64,000 nucleotides of DNA from Moniliella sp. 'wahieum' (lineage: Eukaryota), in contig RSEE01000008.1 in the NCBI GenBank assembly GCA_003971905.1, positions 682,001 through 746,000 on the forward strand. The letters are read 5' to 3'. The position numbers and the translations under genes are program-made. Positions 38,890 through 50,228 of this stretch are shown piece after piece. A model generated the notes under the pieces. It was not told the origin of the DNA. It saw only the letters and a list, made by a program, of their open reading frames with translations, and did not search any database. Position 1 is the stretch's first letter. Each line of letters begins with the position of its first letter.

Positions 38890-39520
38890 CAGTACTCAGT
38901 TAACTACTCGCTGCTCCGATGCAGGCACCAGTACTCCACCAGTACTCCAAATACTCCGCCAATACTCCCGTACTCAGTACTCAGTATGCACTAGCCACCT
39001 AGTCACTAGCCACTCCCTCCTCTGCACGCGCTAGTCACTAGCTCGCGCTCACTTGTCCCTGCCACTAGTGACTCGCTGCGCTGAGGCTAATCTCGATCGC
39101 CGCCGTGCCAAAGCAGTCAATTCTAAAGCACACCATTCCCCAGACCAGCTGTGACAAATGTGATGCCAGTGATAAGGTTGTGGTTCAAAGACAGCGGAGC
39201 ACACGGTACCCGGGGGTCGGTGTCCTGAGTATGAGTACCGACGGAGCAGCGCAAACGTGCAACCGCACATCAGGCGGAGCGCCAGTGACTAGTGACTTCT
39301 GTGATACGCGGAACGCAAAACGCGGAACGACGCGGAACCGATCGGTCTAGCTCTTGTTGAACGTTGAAGCTGTTGAAGCTTGAACATTAAACATTGAACA
39401 TTGAACGTTGAACGTTCACGCGTTCACGTTGAAAGTTGAAAGCTAAGCCTTAGCGCTAAACATGAAACGCAAACGTTAAATTGGTACACGCTAAACGTTA
39501 AACGTTAAACGTTAAAAACA
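38890..39520. repeat. Heptamer clusters upstream of the bZIP gene (GTAC, CTAG, ACGT/ACAT)
   Basis: GTAC-TCA-GTAC-TCA near 38970; CTAG-TCA-CTAG near 38999 and 39031; TGA-CTAG-TGA near 39286; TGA-ACAT-TGA-ACGT-TGA-ACGT-TCA near 39395-39418; TAAACGT x3 at 39492-39512. Confidence 0.85.
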
Positions 39521-40212
39521 TCTTGACCGGGTACTTCAAGGCGGTGTACGATTGGGCATACATGGTGTTGGGCAGTGCGGCCCACGCGGTGTTGGGACCC
39601 GTGGTCCCGTACTTAGGCCAAGGTGCCTCATCACCCTTCACCCCTGATTTGTCCTCCGAAGCCTCCACGTGTATACTCAGGCTTGTTTGAACCCCTGTCT
39701 CTAGGTGTGGCACAAGGCTTAGACCTGAACCACCACCATCGCGATTGCATTGCTCTACACTTCCAGAGGTTCTTCACCCAACCCCTTGGGTTCCTCCGGT
39801 CTTACACGCGGACCGCGGAGAGACTGCATCACGCACAACACAGCCATTCACCGAGTGTGACATGTGACATGTGATGTTGTGATGCATGATGGGCGACATG
39901 TGATTCATCCATCGACGCCTCTCTCGGTGCTACTTTCGGCCTTTCTTTCAGCATCCAATGCCCAAGCCGATCTGTTCCGGCTCCTACACGCTACCTGAGG
40001 CCCAGGCTCTGAGGCTGGAGGCCGGAGGCCTGACGAGTGACGAGTGGCTCGTGACGTGTGACGAGTGATATAGGCAAATGTGAGATGCATGTGAGATCGT
40101 GAAATATGTGATGTGAGATGGGTGATTAATGGTTCTCGATTCTGGGCTGCGAATGTGATTTGAGTGAAGTAGCGCAGGGCAACAACGCTCTGCTTTCGGC
40201 TGCTTTCGCCCA

Positions 40213-40466
40213 TCTAAACTATATAAATTTGGGGCGTTTTTTCCTGACCCCAGCACAAGATTATGTGGTAAGCGTCCCACCCGCCACGTTCCAGTCCGCC
40301 CGCGGCTGCACATGGGTGATAAAATTCCGCCCAAGGCGTAGTGGGGAATACCATTCCGCTCTCCAGCGTGGAACGGTGGCTAAGGTGGCGAGCAAGGAAC
40401 AAGCACCACGCACCAAGCTGGGGCGAAGCCCCAGCTGACCGGGCCGTAGGCCCGGTGGTCTTCTAG
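40213..40466 (+). mobile_element. Non-autonomous Helitron (254 bp)
   Basis: 5' end A|TCTAAACTATATAAA. 3' end has two perfect hairpins, AGCTGGGGC-GAA-GCCCCAGCT (40416-40436) and ACCGGGCC-GTA-GGCCCGGT (40438-40456), then CTAG|T. Inserted in an AT dinucleotide with no target-site duplication. Confidence 0.78.
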
Positions 40467-41745
40467 TCATAGTAATAGCATAGCAGCGCATAGCCCCCCC
40501 CCACGTTCTCAGGCGGGCGTGTGGCAAAAAAACACCCACAGACCAAATTAAACTTTCGGGGCCAACGGAACCTTATCCGTCGGTTGCCTTTTCGGAAAGC
40601 GAACATCAGGAAAAAGTCGTAAAAGTGCCACAATAGAGTGCAATGCATACACCCACACCAGCACGTCCAACACCAGCTTTCCCTTCTGTATCCCTATGTG
40701 TTCTTGTCCCCCATGTACCGAGCCCCGTGGTGCATGGTTCGGACGTCGGCGTTATAAATATTGAATGCCCCCCACGATCCGTCGGGACGCTATTTCCAGG
40801 ACAGCGCCCCCCCCCCTGTTGACTGTTTCTTTTGGCACTGTGCAACCCCACATCAGGCAACCGCTCGCAGCACAAACAACAATCAGCTATATCCAGATGG
40901 TACCAGGTGGTATCTCTTCTCTGGAGCTGGTGCTGATGCAACTAATGTCGGAGGGTAAGTAACAGCTTACCGGCAGTTACCGACGGTTGCCAGTTATAGC
41001 GGTTATATCTCTAGTCTCTTTATATTAACAGCAGTTATACTAGCGGGTTGATCTAGTTACCAATTACTTATGGCTTCAACCTTCAAGCTGGTCTTTCTAC
41101 CGGATGCCTCTCTCGTACGAAATGTGGCCACAAATGGCTTCAGAGACCCTCCTTTAGCTGAAAGAATGAGGGCGAGGGCAAAAGAATACACTGGGCGATC
41201 ATCAATGGGTGTGAGCACGATAAAGTGGTCACACCAACGGGAGCCCAGAACCGCGGTTGTCCGTTATAACTGAGAAGTAGGGCTACCGTACGCTAATAGT
41301 ACCAAGCTAAGGACGATTGCACTGTGCAAGGGAAGATAGGAAACAGTCAGAGATAGCTTCTTGTAAAAGCTCATGACACTAGTCCGACCTTGTGTGCAAT
41401 AACAGGGAGAGAAGAAAGAGAGGGGAAGGAGGCGCGCAAGGGATAACCAGCCCGGGCGCATGAGAAGCGAAACAATGAGAAGACTTCCGCATACCAGTGG
41501 CTTGGCTGCAAAAGCCAATGACATGTGAGTGCATGATGAGGCCATACTCTAACATTAGCTCCATATTAGTACACACTGCTAAGATCCAAGGGCTGTTGAC
41601 TGAATACTGAATGAACTACGTTGGAAGAAGTCACAGAGTGTACATATATGAGTGCAGTCTTGTATTCAATGGGGCGAGAAAAGGGCATATGGAAGAGGGC
41701 AAGGGGGTAGGCAATGCAAGTGGGAAAGAACGGGGGGGGGGGAAT

Positions 41746-43461
41746 TCATGCACATGGTAGGCGTGAGGGCAGACTTTTTTTGCTAAACTGGTTTTCCGAG
41801 TTGTACGAGCCCATGGCCGCCGTCGACGACACGCCGCCCGTGACGGTTTTGAGGAGCGAGTCGACGTAGCTGGCGCCGGACCATTTTTGGTGGGTAAGCG
41901 TGTCGGTGCCCAGCTCGCGCTCCTTGCGCTGGACAATCTCGACGTACGCCTTCATCCCCTCGGTGGCAAAGTTCTTGGCAAACAGGTCGGAAATGTACGC
42001 GTCGGTGTGCAGGCCAGCAAGCGTGATGAACTGGAAGATGAACCCGAGCTTGCCCAGGTCCCATACGTAGTCTTTCATCTGCGACGTGTTGAGGCCAGCG
42101 GCGTCCCAGTTGAACGAAGGCGAAAGGTTGTAGGCGAGCCACTGATGGGGCACGGCAGCATGCACCCCATCGGCAAACTCCTTAGCTTGGGCATAGATGG
42201 GCGACTTGGTCTCCATCCAGATCAGGTCAGCGTAAGGGCTAAAGGCGATGGCACGGTTGATCGCGCACTGCGTGCCGCCCTGGTAGCGGTAGTAGCCTTC
42301 CCGCGTCCGCGGGGCGTCCCAGTCCCAGAAAAAGTCCGTCACGCCATACTTGGCCGCCAGAGCGCGGGCAGCATGGTTCGACAGCCCCTTGGCCTCGGCC
42401 TGGAACTTGGCTGCATCCCCTCCCTTGGCCTTGATTGCATCTGCCACGGCGTCCCCAAACAGTTTGAGCCCAGCAGCAGCCACCCAGTCGTCCTCGACTT
42501 TTTGCAGAGCATCTCCCGACGCGCCAGCGGCCTCGGCACGGTTCATGACCGTAACCAGCGGTTCGAGTGCGGCGTTGGTGGAACCAATGATGAACGCATG
42601 GTCGCGTTCGTCAATGTTGGATGTGATGAGCGTGGCTGCCTCCGAGTCGGTCCGAGCGACGGCAATGTTGTCGACGCCCATAATGTCGTACTGGAAACGG
42701 ATGGCGATCAGACGGTTGATGTGCTCCTGGATCGGCACCAGCACCTTGCCTGCCATGTGCCCACACTTTTTCGTACCGGGCGCCTGGTCCTCAATGTGGA
42801 TCCCGGCCGCGCCTTTCTCAACAAAGAGCTTGGTCAGCTTCACTGCTGTCAATCCACCATGGCCCGTGTCGGCGTCGGCGACAATGGGGCGGAGGTAGTC
42901 GGTGTAGGGTGTGTTGGCACGCTGCTCAGGTGTCAAGCCAGAGCGCGCTTCGCGCTGCTTGCGGTCATGGAAGAGCTGGGCCATAAAGAGATGCTCAACC
43001 TTGTTGGGAACCGTGTTGTACGGGTAGTCAGCCAGGTCGGGACCGGGCTCGTTCGTCGAGCTGGCGGTCGAAGACGATTGCCATCCCGACACATACACCG
43101 CCTCGAGGTACTTGGCCATCTGGGTGATCTGGACCGGGTCCAGCGCGCCATAGGTGTGCGACGGCGTCTTGTTGGCCCAGTGCTGTTCGAGCAGGCCCCA
43201 CAACTTTTTGGCCTGGACATTGGAAGGGTATTCGATCGGGATGGTACCACGCTTGGAAACAACCGGCGGCTGTGTAGGGCCGCTTGGTATGCGCAAAGCG
43301 GGACGACTAGAGGTGAGAAGGGCACAAAGAGGTCAGTGGAACTCCCCAGCGGCAGGAGGCGGGATAGGAAGGCGCGGCCGCCAACATACCTGCCACCACT
43401 GCTCGACAGCGTTCACTTCAGCGTCAAAGATGCGTTGCTCAGCGTCGGAGGAAATGCCCAT
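41746..43461 (-). CDS. ICL1: Isocitrate lyase; intron 43307-43389; one frameshift near 43265
   Basis: [57 protein letters not shown], active-site [20 protein letters not shown] and [11 protein letters not shown]. Confidence 0.95.
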
Positions 43462-44784
43462 GGTGGAAGCGGAAATGGTGGGAGGGTGGGGTGGGAGGTG
43501 GAGGGAGAGCAGTACGAAACGATGGGGGCTGGCGAGAGGGGGATTTAATACGATTGATTGCCCAGCGGTGGGAAGCAACGGATGGAGATGCTGATGACAG
43601 AGCTCTCAGGCTGAGATCTGAGACGGTGGTGCGGGGGGGGGGGTTGCACCGAGTGGGCGGGTGCTGGCTTGGGTCGGCGCAAGCGGATTTGGGCGCTGGG
43701 CTGGGCAGGGTGCCCAGGCCGGGAGACAGTCAGCGTGTCTGGCGTGTCTGGGGGTATGGGAGCGTATGGGAGAGTATGGGAGGGTACAGGGTGGTGCGTG
43801 GTGGTGTCCGGTGCTGCAGCCTCGCTTGGCCCGGCCGGGATGGAGTGTGGATATTGAGGCAGAGCGTAGTGGTGGAGGCTTAGCGCTCGAATGAGCCGCT
43901 GAACGTTCACACGTTCACCGTTACCGCGTTACCGCGCGTCGACGTCGTCAACGTTCAACGTGGCCACAGCCGCCGCTTTCACTTGCGGGGTCTTGCAAGC
44001 CCCGCATTCCCCGCACTGGCTCATTTGGTGCTGCGGATGCCGGCTGGTGCGGACGCGCATGGAGCCGGATGGCAGTTGCCTGCCGCTGCACAACGAGCCC
44101 CCGGTGCAGCGCCCATAATAGACGTAGTAGCCTCATTGGGGGTTCTTCCCCCGCTAAAACCGCCAGCGTCCGGCGCAGACGAAGCTGCTGCGGAGTTGAC
44201 GGAAATGCCCATTCGGTGCACGCCCTGCCTAGCTGCCCGCTCTCCTAAGCGGTAAGCGATGGGATCGACCCAAGGGAGCCGGGACGGCAGTCTGAACGCA
44301 TCGATCCAAGGCGTATATAAAAGCTCCTGGACGGTAACCGATAGGCCCCCGCAGATGCCGGCGAGTGACGTAATAGGCCGCCCACACCCGCAACCGGAAG
44401 GTGCCGGAAGGGCCGAGGCTGGCTGCTGGTGAAATTGTGAAACGTTGGCTGAGGCGCACCAGATAGATCTTCGATTGGATATTGATATTGAGATCTGAGA
44501 GGCCCAGCATCCTGCTTGGCGCCTGCTCGTCCCGGCCGGGTGGCCCCGGAAAGACGCGGGTGGGGCCGGCGGGGCACTGGAGGGCGCTGGGCCGACTGAC
44601 GCTGCCCAGGGTGGATGCATCATGCCAGTCCCTGATATTATTCGCTCAATCGAGCGCATCCCCCCGGCACTTCCCCTCATCTGTATAGTGGCCACATATG
44701 CATGCACTCTACATCGCATCTGCTGCCCCTCGTACTCCCGTTCGTCTCCAGCATCATTGCGCTTCCCCTCCTCTGTCCGTGTTC

Positions 44785-46234
44785 ATGGGTGCCGAGCTGC
44801 TGGCCGCGGTGCCTGTCTTGGTCCTCGTCCAGCTCCTTATTGTGAGCACCGTGGCTGCTGTACTTGATGCCGTTCGCACCGTGCTGGACGGCCCGGCTGA
44901 GGGCAAACCAGACCAATTCGAAGAGTGGACTCCCTTGCTTAAGCGCTCGCCTCTCTGCACGGTCCTCCCACATCCCTCGCGCCTCCGTTCCTTGCTGGTC
45001 TGGCCGCTCTGGAACCGACCACGCACCTTCCCTCAGCAAGGTGCTGTCCCCTGTTGCGCTCCGTCTGCCCGGCGCACCTCGCGGTGCCGGGCCCAGTCGT
45101 CCCCGACCTGTCCCATCTGCCCTTCGAGATCCAGCTGGAGATCTTGGGGTACGTCGCTAGCCCCCTCTGTGGCCGCCAGGCCAGCAAGGTTCTCTGTCTC
45201 TCGCGCGGACACAAGCAACTGTTGCAGCGGCGCGTGTACCGCTGCGTGCGTCTCGAGTCACCGCGCGCCGTGCAGCGCTTGAGGCTCACCCTCTGCTGCT
45301 ACAACCCGCCTCTGGGCAGCTGATCGAGTCGATCCACCTCGCCCCGCCGGTTCTTAGTCTGTCTGCGGTCCCTCTTGCCACCACGGCCTCCTCCCTGGCG
45401 CCAGCACGGCCGGGGATTCGGTGCGAGTCGCGCCAGGCCATGTTGGCCATGATGTGGCGGACTGTATGCGGGCTGGTAGCGGGTGCGAGGGACGGGGGCG
45501 ATGGATGGACAAGGGGGCAGGGGTCGGACGACGCGGATCCTCTCTCGCTCCTCGCCCTGGCCCGGTCCTTGGAACAGATCTTACACCGCACCCCGCGGGT
45601 GCTGGCCGTGTGCATGCCTGGCGCCGAGGCGCGCGCCTTGCACCTGACTGGAGCCTGGGCCGCCTCGCCCACCCGCACGTGTTGCCGCGGTGATGCGCAC
45701 CGAATGGCCCTCGGCGCATTCCTGCGGCGGCAGGACGATGTCACGTTGACCCAGCGCATGTTCGCCCAGCCCATCTTTCGCCAACTCCACCACCTTGATC
45801 TGGTCGTACCAGACGTGTGTGCTAGCGGCCTGCATCAGCTCCGTGCGGCTTGCCGCATGCCAAGACGATCACACTTCGTGGGTCGTAGAACAACCGACCG
45901 AGGAGGAGATCGCTTTGGAGCACATGCGTACCGCGCTGGACCAGCTGCGGTGCCCGATGAAGCAGGCAGGCGAGGAGAAGGAGGGCGCTACGTGGACCGA
46001 GTTGGATCGGATCACAGTGTTGGCGCCACCACGCCTCGCACGGCCGTTGGCCCGGGAGCTCTCCCATGCCCGATGGGGCGTTGGGTTCGAGTCTTCGGGG
46101 GTGCATGCACCTCTGTTCCTTCGGATAAGAGCAAGGGGAGGATGGTGCCCGTTTATGTGGGCATGAGGTTGGAGGAGCACCTGGACCCACTAACCCAGTG
46201 GTGGGGGGAGCGGATAGCCCCGGTATGGGCTTAG
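44785..46234 (+). CDS. Hypothetical F-box-like protein with hydrophobic N-terminus; multiple frameshifts
   Basis: F-box-like LSHLPFEIQLEILGYVA followed by LCLSRGHKQLLQRRVYRCVRL, across chained plus-strand ORFs. Confidence 0.55.
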
Positions 46235-47013
46235 GGGGACACCGCCATCGATCTGTTCGTGTCATGTTTGTACTGATGAACCACTGTAATTCTATTCATA
46301 CCCATCAATCCATGACTACTCACTAATCACTGCCGTCTCGTTGCATAGAATCGGCGGATGAGGTGGGTATAGGATGTGCTCATAACCCCCTACAAAGCCA
46401 GAGAAGCTCGGGACGAGCGACTGCCTGTCGACCCTTGGGCTGGACTAGCCGCCTGGACCGTCTCCGGCTCATGCAGAGGTGCGGATGGGGGTTGTTCAGC
46501 AGCCTATGCTATCTATCCGCTTGGCTTGGACGAAGAAAGGCGAGATATTTCTCAGCATCCAGTTCTCCTTGGCTGCAAGGCCCAAAGCGCCTGCCACATG
46601 GGGCGCTGGGATGGGCATATATACTTGCACTACGATCCGCTAGGGGATGTGCATCCACCGACAAGCATCCCCGCGGGGGGAGGAACGGAGCCGTAGCAAC
46701 TCATCGAGTCGAGACCCGTTTAACCGGCCGCATGGCGATGGAACCCCCCCTCAAGAGCCCCCAGACTGACTCGCTGCAAGCCGAGCCGAAGCTGAGCCCG
46801 AAGCGGGGCTGGACACTGTGAACCGCAGCCTGCACCTACTTCCCTCCCCGTCCCGACGGGATCGTAAAACCCCGAGAGGATCGCCGATGCAGCGCGAGGG
46901 ACATGCGACGTCTCCACGCCCTTGGCTGGGAGCAGGCGTTGGTTACGACCAAGTAATCTTCCCTGGCTGCAGCATCCTTGTACCTCCTGCTCGGTCTGGC
47001 TACCCAACTCGAA

Positions 47014-47070
47014 GGAAACGAAACAGAACGAAACGAAACAGAACAGAACAGAACGGAATGGAACGAAACG
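47014..47070. repeat. Pentanucleotide microsatellite (GAAAC/GAACA variants)
   Basis: ggaaacgaaacagaacgaaacgaaacagaacagaacagaacggaatggaacgaaacg. Confidence 0.85.
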
Positions 47071-47264
47071 ATGCATAGCAGCTCTGGTGCACGATACGAG
47101 CGTCGCAGGCCAAGAGAGACAAGGGACCTACCCGCAAGCGCTGCGGCGAGCGCGCCGACCCAGAGAAGAAAGGAGGGTAGAACAATGCATGTCACCTGTC
47201 AATGGCAAGGGGGGAGGGGGTGAAGGAGAGAAGAGGCCGATGGGCGAGTGGGTGGGGGTGGGTG

Positions 47265-47356
47265 AGAGGATAGAGGGATAGAGGGATAGAGGGATGGAGG
47301 ATGGAGGGATGGAGGGATGGAGGGATGGAGGGATGGAGGGATGGAGGGATGGAGGG
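47265..47356. repeat. Octamer microsatellite (RGAGGGAT)n just 3' of the kinase gene
   Basis: AGAGGGAT units grading into GGAGGGAT units. Confidence 0.9.
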
Positions 47357-47396
47357 GCAGAGAGGTGGAAGGAGATGGGGGGAGGGGAATAGGGGA

Positions 47397-49181
47397 TCAA
47401 GTGATGGTCAGGACAATCGAGTGGGTATGGTTCCTGGCCAGCGTCGTGCCACAGGCATCGATGCTGGCAAACCACTTGTCACGAAGAATGTCGTCGACGG
47501 AGCAGCGCTGCTGTGGGTCGGGGCACAACATCCGCTTCAGTAGCGGACGGCATTCCCGCGGGCTCAGATGGCTCAGAGGGCCAGGAGAAGAGGTGGCATG
47601 GTAGGTGTGAACAAATTCCTTAAAGGTGGGGTCCGACATCTTGGCCACGCGCCACGGCAGTTCTTGGAACTGCATGCAGTACAGCACAATTGCCGCCGCC
47701 CACATATCCACCAGACGGGCATCGTACTCTTTGTGCTCAAACTGTTCCGGCGCAATGTACGGCTCGGAGCCACAGAGACCCTTGGAGTAGTGCGTCGATG
47801 TTTCCCAGCACATGCGGAACACGTCCGACACACCAAAGTCGGTGATCTTGACCCGGCCTTGCGCGTCGAGAAGGAGGTTTTCGGGCTTGATGTCACGGTG
47901 GGCGACACCCATCGAATGGAGATAGACAATGCCATGAATAGTCTGTTTAAAGTAGCACTCCACTTCCAAGGGGGACATGCCCCCGCGCTTGATGGCTGCG
48001 TACAGGTCGCCCCCGGCGCAAAACTCCATCACCTCGCACCAATGCTTGTTTTCGTCCTGCACCAGGTCCACCGTCTCGACCACATTGATGTGGTGCAGGG
48101 TGGAGGAGATGCAAAACTCCGAGGTGAGTTTCTTGACGTAGTCCTTCTCCGTCTCGTTTTTGCGCCGCTTTCGGAACTCCTTGACCGCATACAACTTCTC
48201 CGTCGAGCGGTCCCATTTGTGCGCCAGACGAACCACTGCCGTCGCACCCTTGCCAATCGCCGCCTTCTCGCACACCCCATACTTTTTCAAAAGCGACACT
48301 GCGTCCCCGGGCGCCGAAGCACCGCCTTTCTTCGAACCACCCGAAGCCGACGAGCCACGACGCGAAAGCTTGGGACCGATCAACTTGTCCCGCAGCGTAG
48401 ACGAGGCCGACGACTTGTTATCGGTCTCCTTGTCCTTGTCTTTGCCCGACTTGCCCGTCGCGATGGACAAGGGCGCACGGACACCAGCACTGCGCGCCTT
48501 GTCGCGTTCGCGCGCGGCGGCGGCCGCGGCCGCGGGCGCCTCGAGGTGAGCCAAGGCCGAGGCAGTGAGCTTGTCGGCCCCCGCGCTGGCGGGGGGCGCA
48601 GGGCAGCGACCACTGTTGGAGCGCGAGGGGGCGGCGCTGTGGGTTTGCTGCTGCGAGGCAAGCGACATGGCTTGGACCGAGCGCGTGATTTCCTCATGCG
48701 CTTGGGACGACTTGTCCACCGACGCTCTCCCGCCCCCCATCATCCGCTTCAGCATCCCGGGCTTGCGCTCCGACGAGGCCGACTTGCCCGACGGGGTGCG
48801 CGCGACCGAGGCCGAGGACGCGTTGGTGGAAACGGGAGAAGGAGGGGGAGGTTGCTTGGCGCGAGGAGGCGGGGCCGACGCAGGCGCCGGGGCCGAGCCG
48901 GGCGGGGGGCTGGGGAAGAAGGCGCTGGTAGAGCTGGGCGGGGTGGAGGAGAGCGAAGTGCGGGCGGCTGCGTCGTCGGCATGCGCGTGCTGGCTTGCCT
49001 GCCCGCGCAGATGGGCAGGGTTGACGGAGCGGAGGGGCGTCGGGCGCAGGGCGGCGAGCTGGGCAGCCGTCATGTGGGCCGGCATGGGGCCGTGCGGGCT
49101 GGCCTCGCGACGGAGCGCGAGGGGATCGGCGCCGGCGGGGGCGGCGTGGGTGGGCACGGGGGCAGGGTCGGAGCTTTGCAT
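47397..49181 (-). CDS. HAL/Hrk1/Sat4-family Ser/Thr protein kinase, intronless and intact
   Basis: [60 protein letters not shown] and GLCGSEPYIAPE. Confidence 0.93.
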   Translation of the reverse strand: MQSSDPAPVPTHAAPAGADPLALRREASPHGPMPAHMTAAQLAALRPTPLRSVNPAHLRGQASQHAHADDAAARTSLSSTPPSSTSAFFPSPPPGSAPAPASAPPPRAKQPPPPSPVSTNASSASVARTPSGKSASSERKPGMLKRMMGGGRASVDKSSQAHEEITRSVQAMSLASQQQTHSAAPSRSNSGRCPAPPASAGADKLTASALAHLEAPAAAAAAARERDKARSAGVRAPLSIATGKSGKDKDKETDNKSSASSTLRDKLIGPKLSRRGSSASGGSKKGGASAPGDAVSLLKKYGVCEKAAIGKGATAVVRLAHKWDRSTEKLYAVKEFRKRRKNETEKDYVKKLTSEFCISSTLHHINVVETVDLVQDENKHWCEVMEFCAGGDLYAAIKRGGMSPLEVECYFKQTIHGIVYLHSMGVAHRDIKPENLLLDAQGRVKITDFGVSDVFRMCWETSTHYSKGLCGSEPYIAPEQFEHKEYDARLVDMWAAAIVLYCMQFQELPWRVAKMSDPTFKEFVHTYHATSSPGPLSHLSPRECRPLLKRMLCPDPQQRCSVDDILRDKWFASIDACGTTLARNHTHSIVLTIT

Positions 49182-50066
49182 GCCGGCGAGGCGGTGGCGG
49201 GGGAGCGAGCCGAGGCCGTGGCCGGGGGTGGGGCTGGGGGCGCGAGGAGAGGGAGCCTTCGGTCTCGCTGTCGCTCAGCAGGGCGGCGGCCTTGGAGTCG
49301 CGCTCCCAGCCGGGGGGGCGGGCAGGCGGAGGGGGAGGGGGGCATGGCGGGGGGGGGGGGGGGGGCAGAGGAGGCGGAGAGGGGAGGGAAGAGCGGAGGG
49401 AAGAGGACGGGCGGAGGAGCGGAGGAGAGACGAGCACGGGACACAGGCAGCAGCCGCACGAAGAGCAGCAGGGCGCTAGAGGATGCGCACAGCGCCCATC
49501 GCCTTCCGACGGCGGCGAGAAGAGGGCAGTGGGGGTGAGGTGAGGTGGGCGGGTGGTGGCTGCGGGGGCAGGCAGGCCGGCGCAGCAGGCTGGGCTGCCT
49601 GCCGTGCGTCTCCGGCCCACCAGGCGGCACCACCGCTGAGCCAGCGCAGCGACCGGTGATCCGAGCCAGCACCGCGCCGCAGCCAGCCGCCCACACTGGC
49701 CCCGTGCGGGCGCTCCGCTGGCTTCGGCCTCCCACCGACGGCTGCATCATGCTCACCCATGGGCGATCACGCGCCGCCTTGAAATTGCATCTGGCGTCGG
49801 CGCATCGGCTGACTGGCATCAACCGACCAGCGTGACAAACGACACCCCCCCCCCCACACTCGCCGCCTGCCCCCTGCCTCTGCCGCCAGCACCATCCAGG
49901 GTCACGTGCTCTCATCCCATCCCATCCCGTGTCCCAACCACAGTCTACCCAATCCGCATCCGCAGCAACACCCTGCCCCCAAATTCTGTCTCGCACTGCA
50001 TGCATCTCGCCTGGACGGCCGCGTCTTCGTCGGCCCAGCCAGCCAGCCGTTGCATCCTCTCCTGGC

Positions 50067-50196
50067 TTAGTCGCCCTTCTTGAGCGTACCGCGGATCAGA
50101 CCCGTGCGGCGGGCAGCGATCAGACCAGCCTTCTGACCGGCCGGGGCCCAGCGCGAGATGGTCGACGCGTGACCAATGTGCTGGTGGTTACCACCA

Positions 50197-50228
<32 letters not shown>

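Noticed and set aside
41887..43548. 553-aa plus-strand ORF (similarly 47568-49538 + and other long antisense ORFs)
   Set aside because: Antisense shadows of GC3-rich genes (ICL, HAL kinase) with no recognisable motifs.
28686..49181. ENA ATPase and HAL kinase as a salt-tolerance cluster
   Set aside because: They are separated by several unrelated genes; proximity alone is not evidence.
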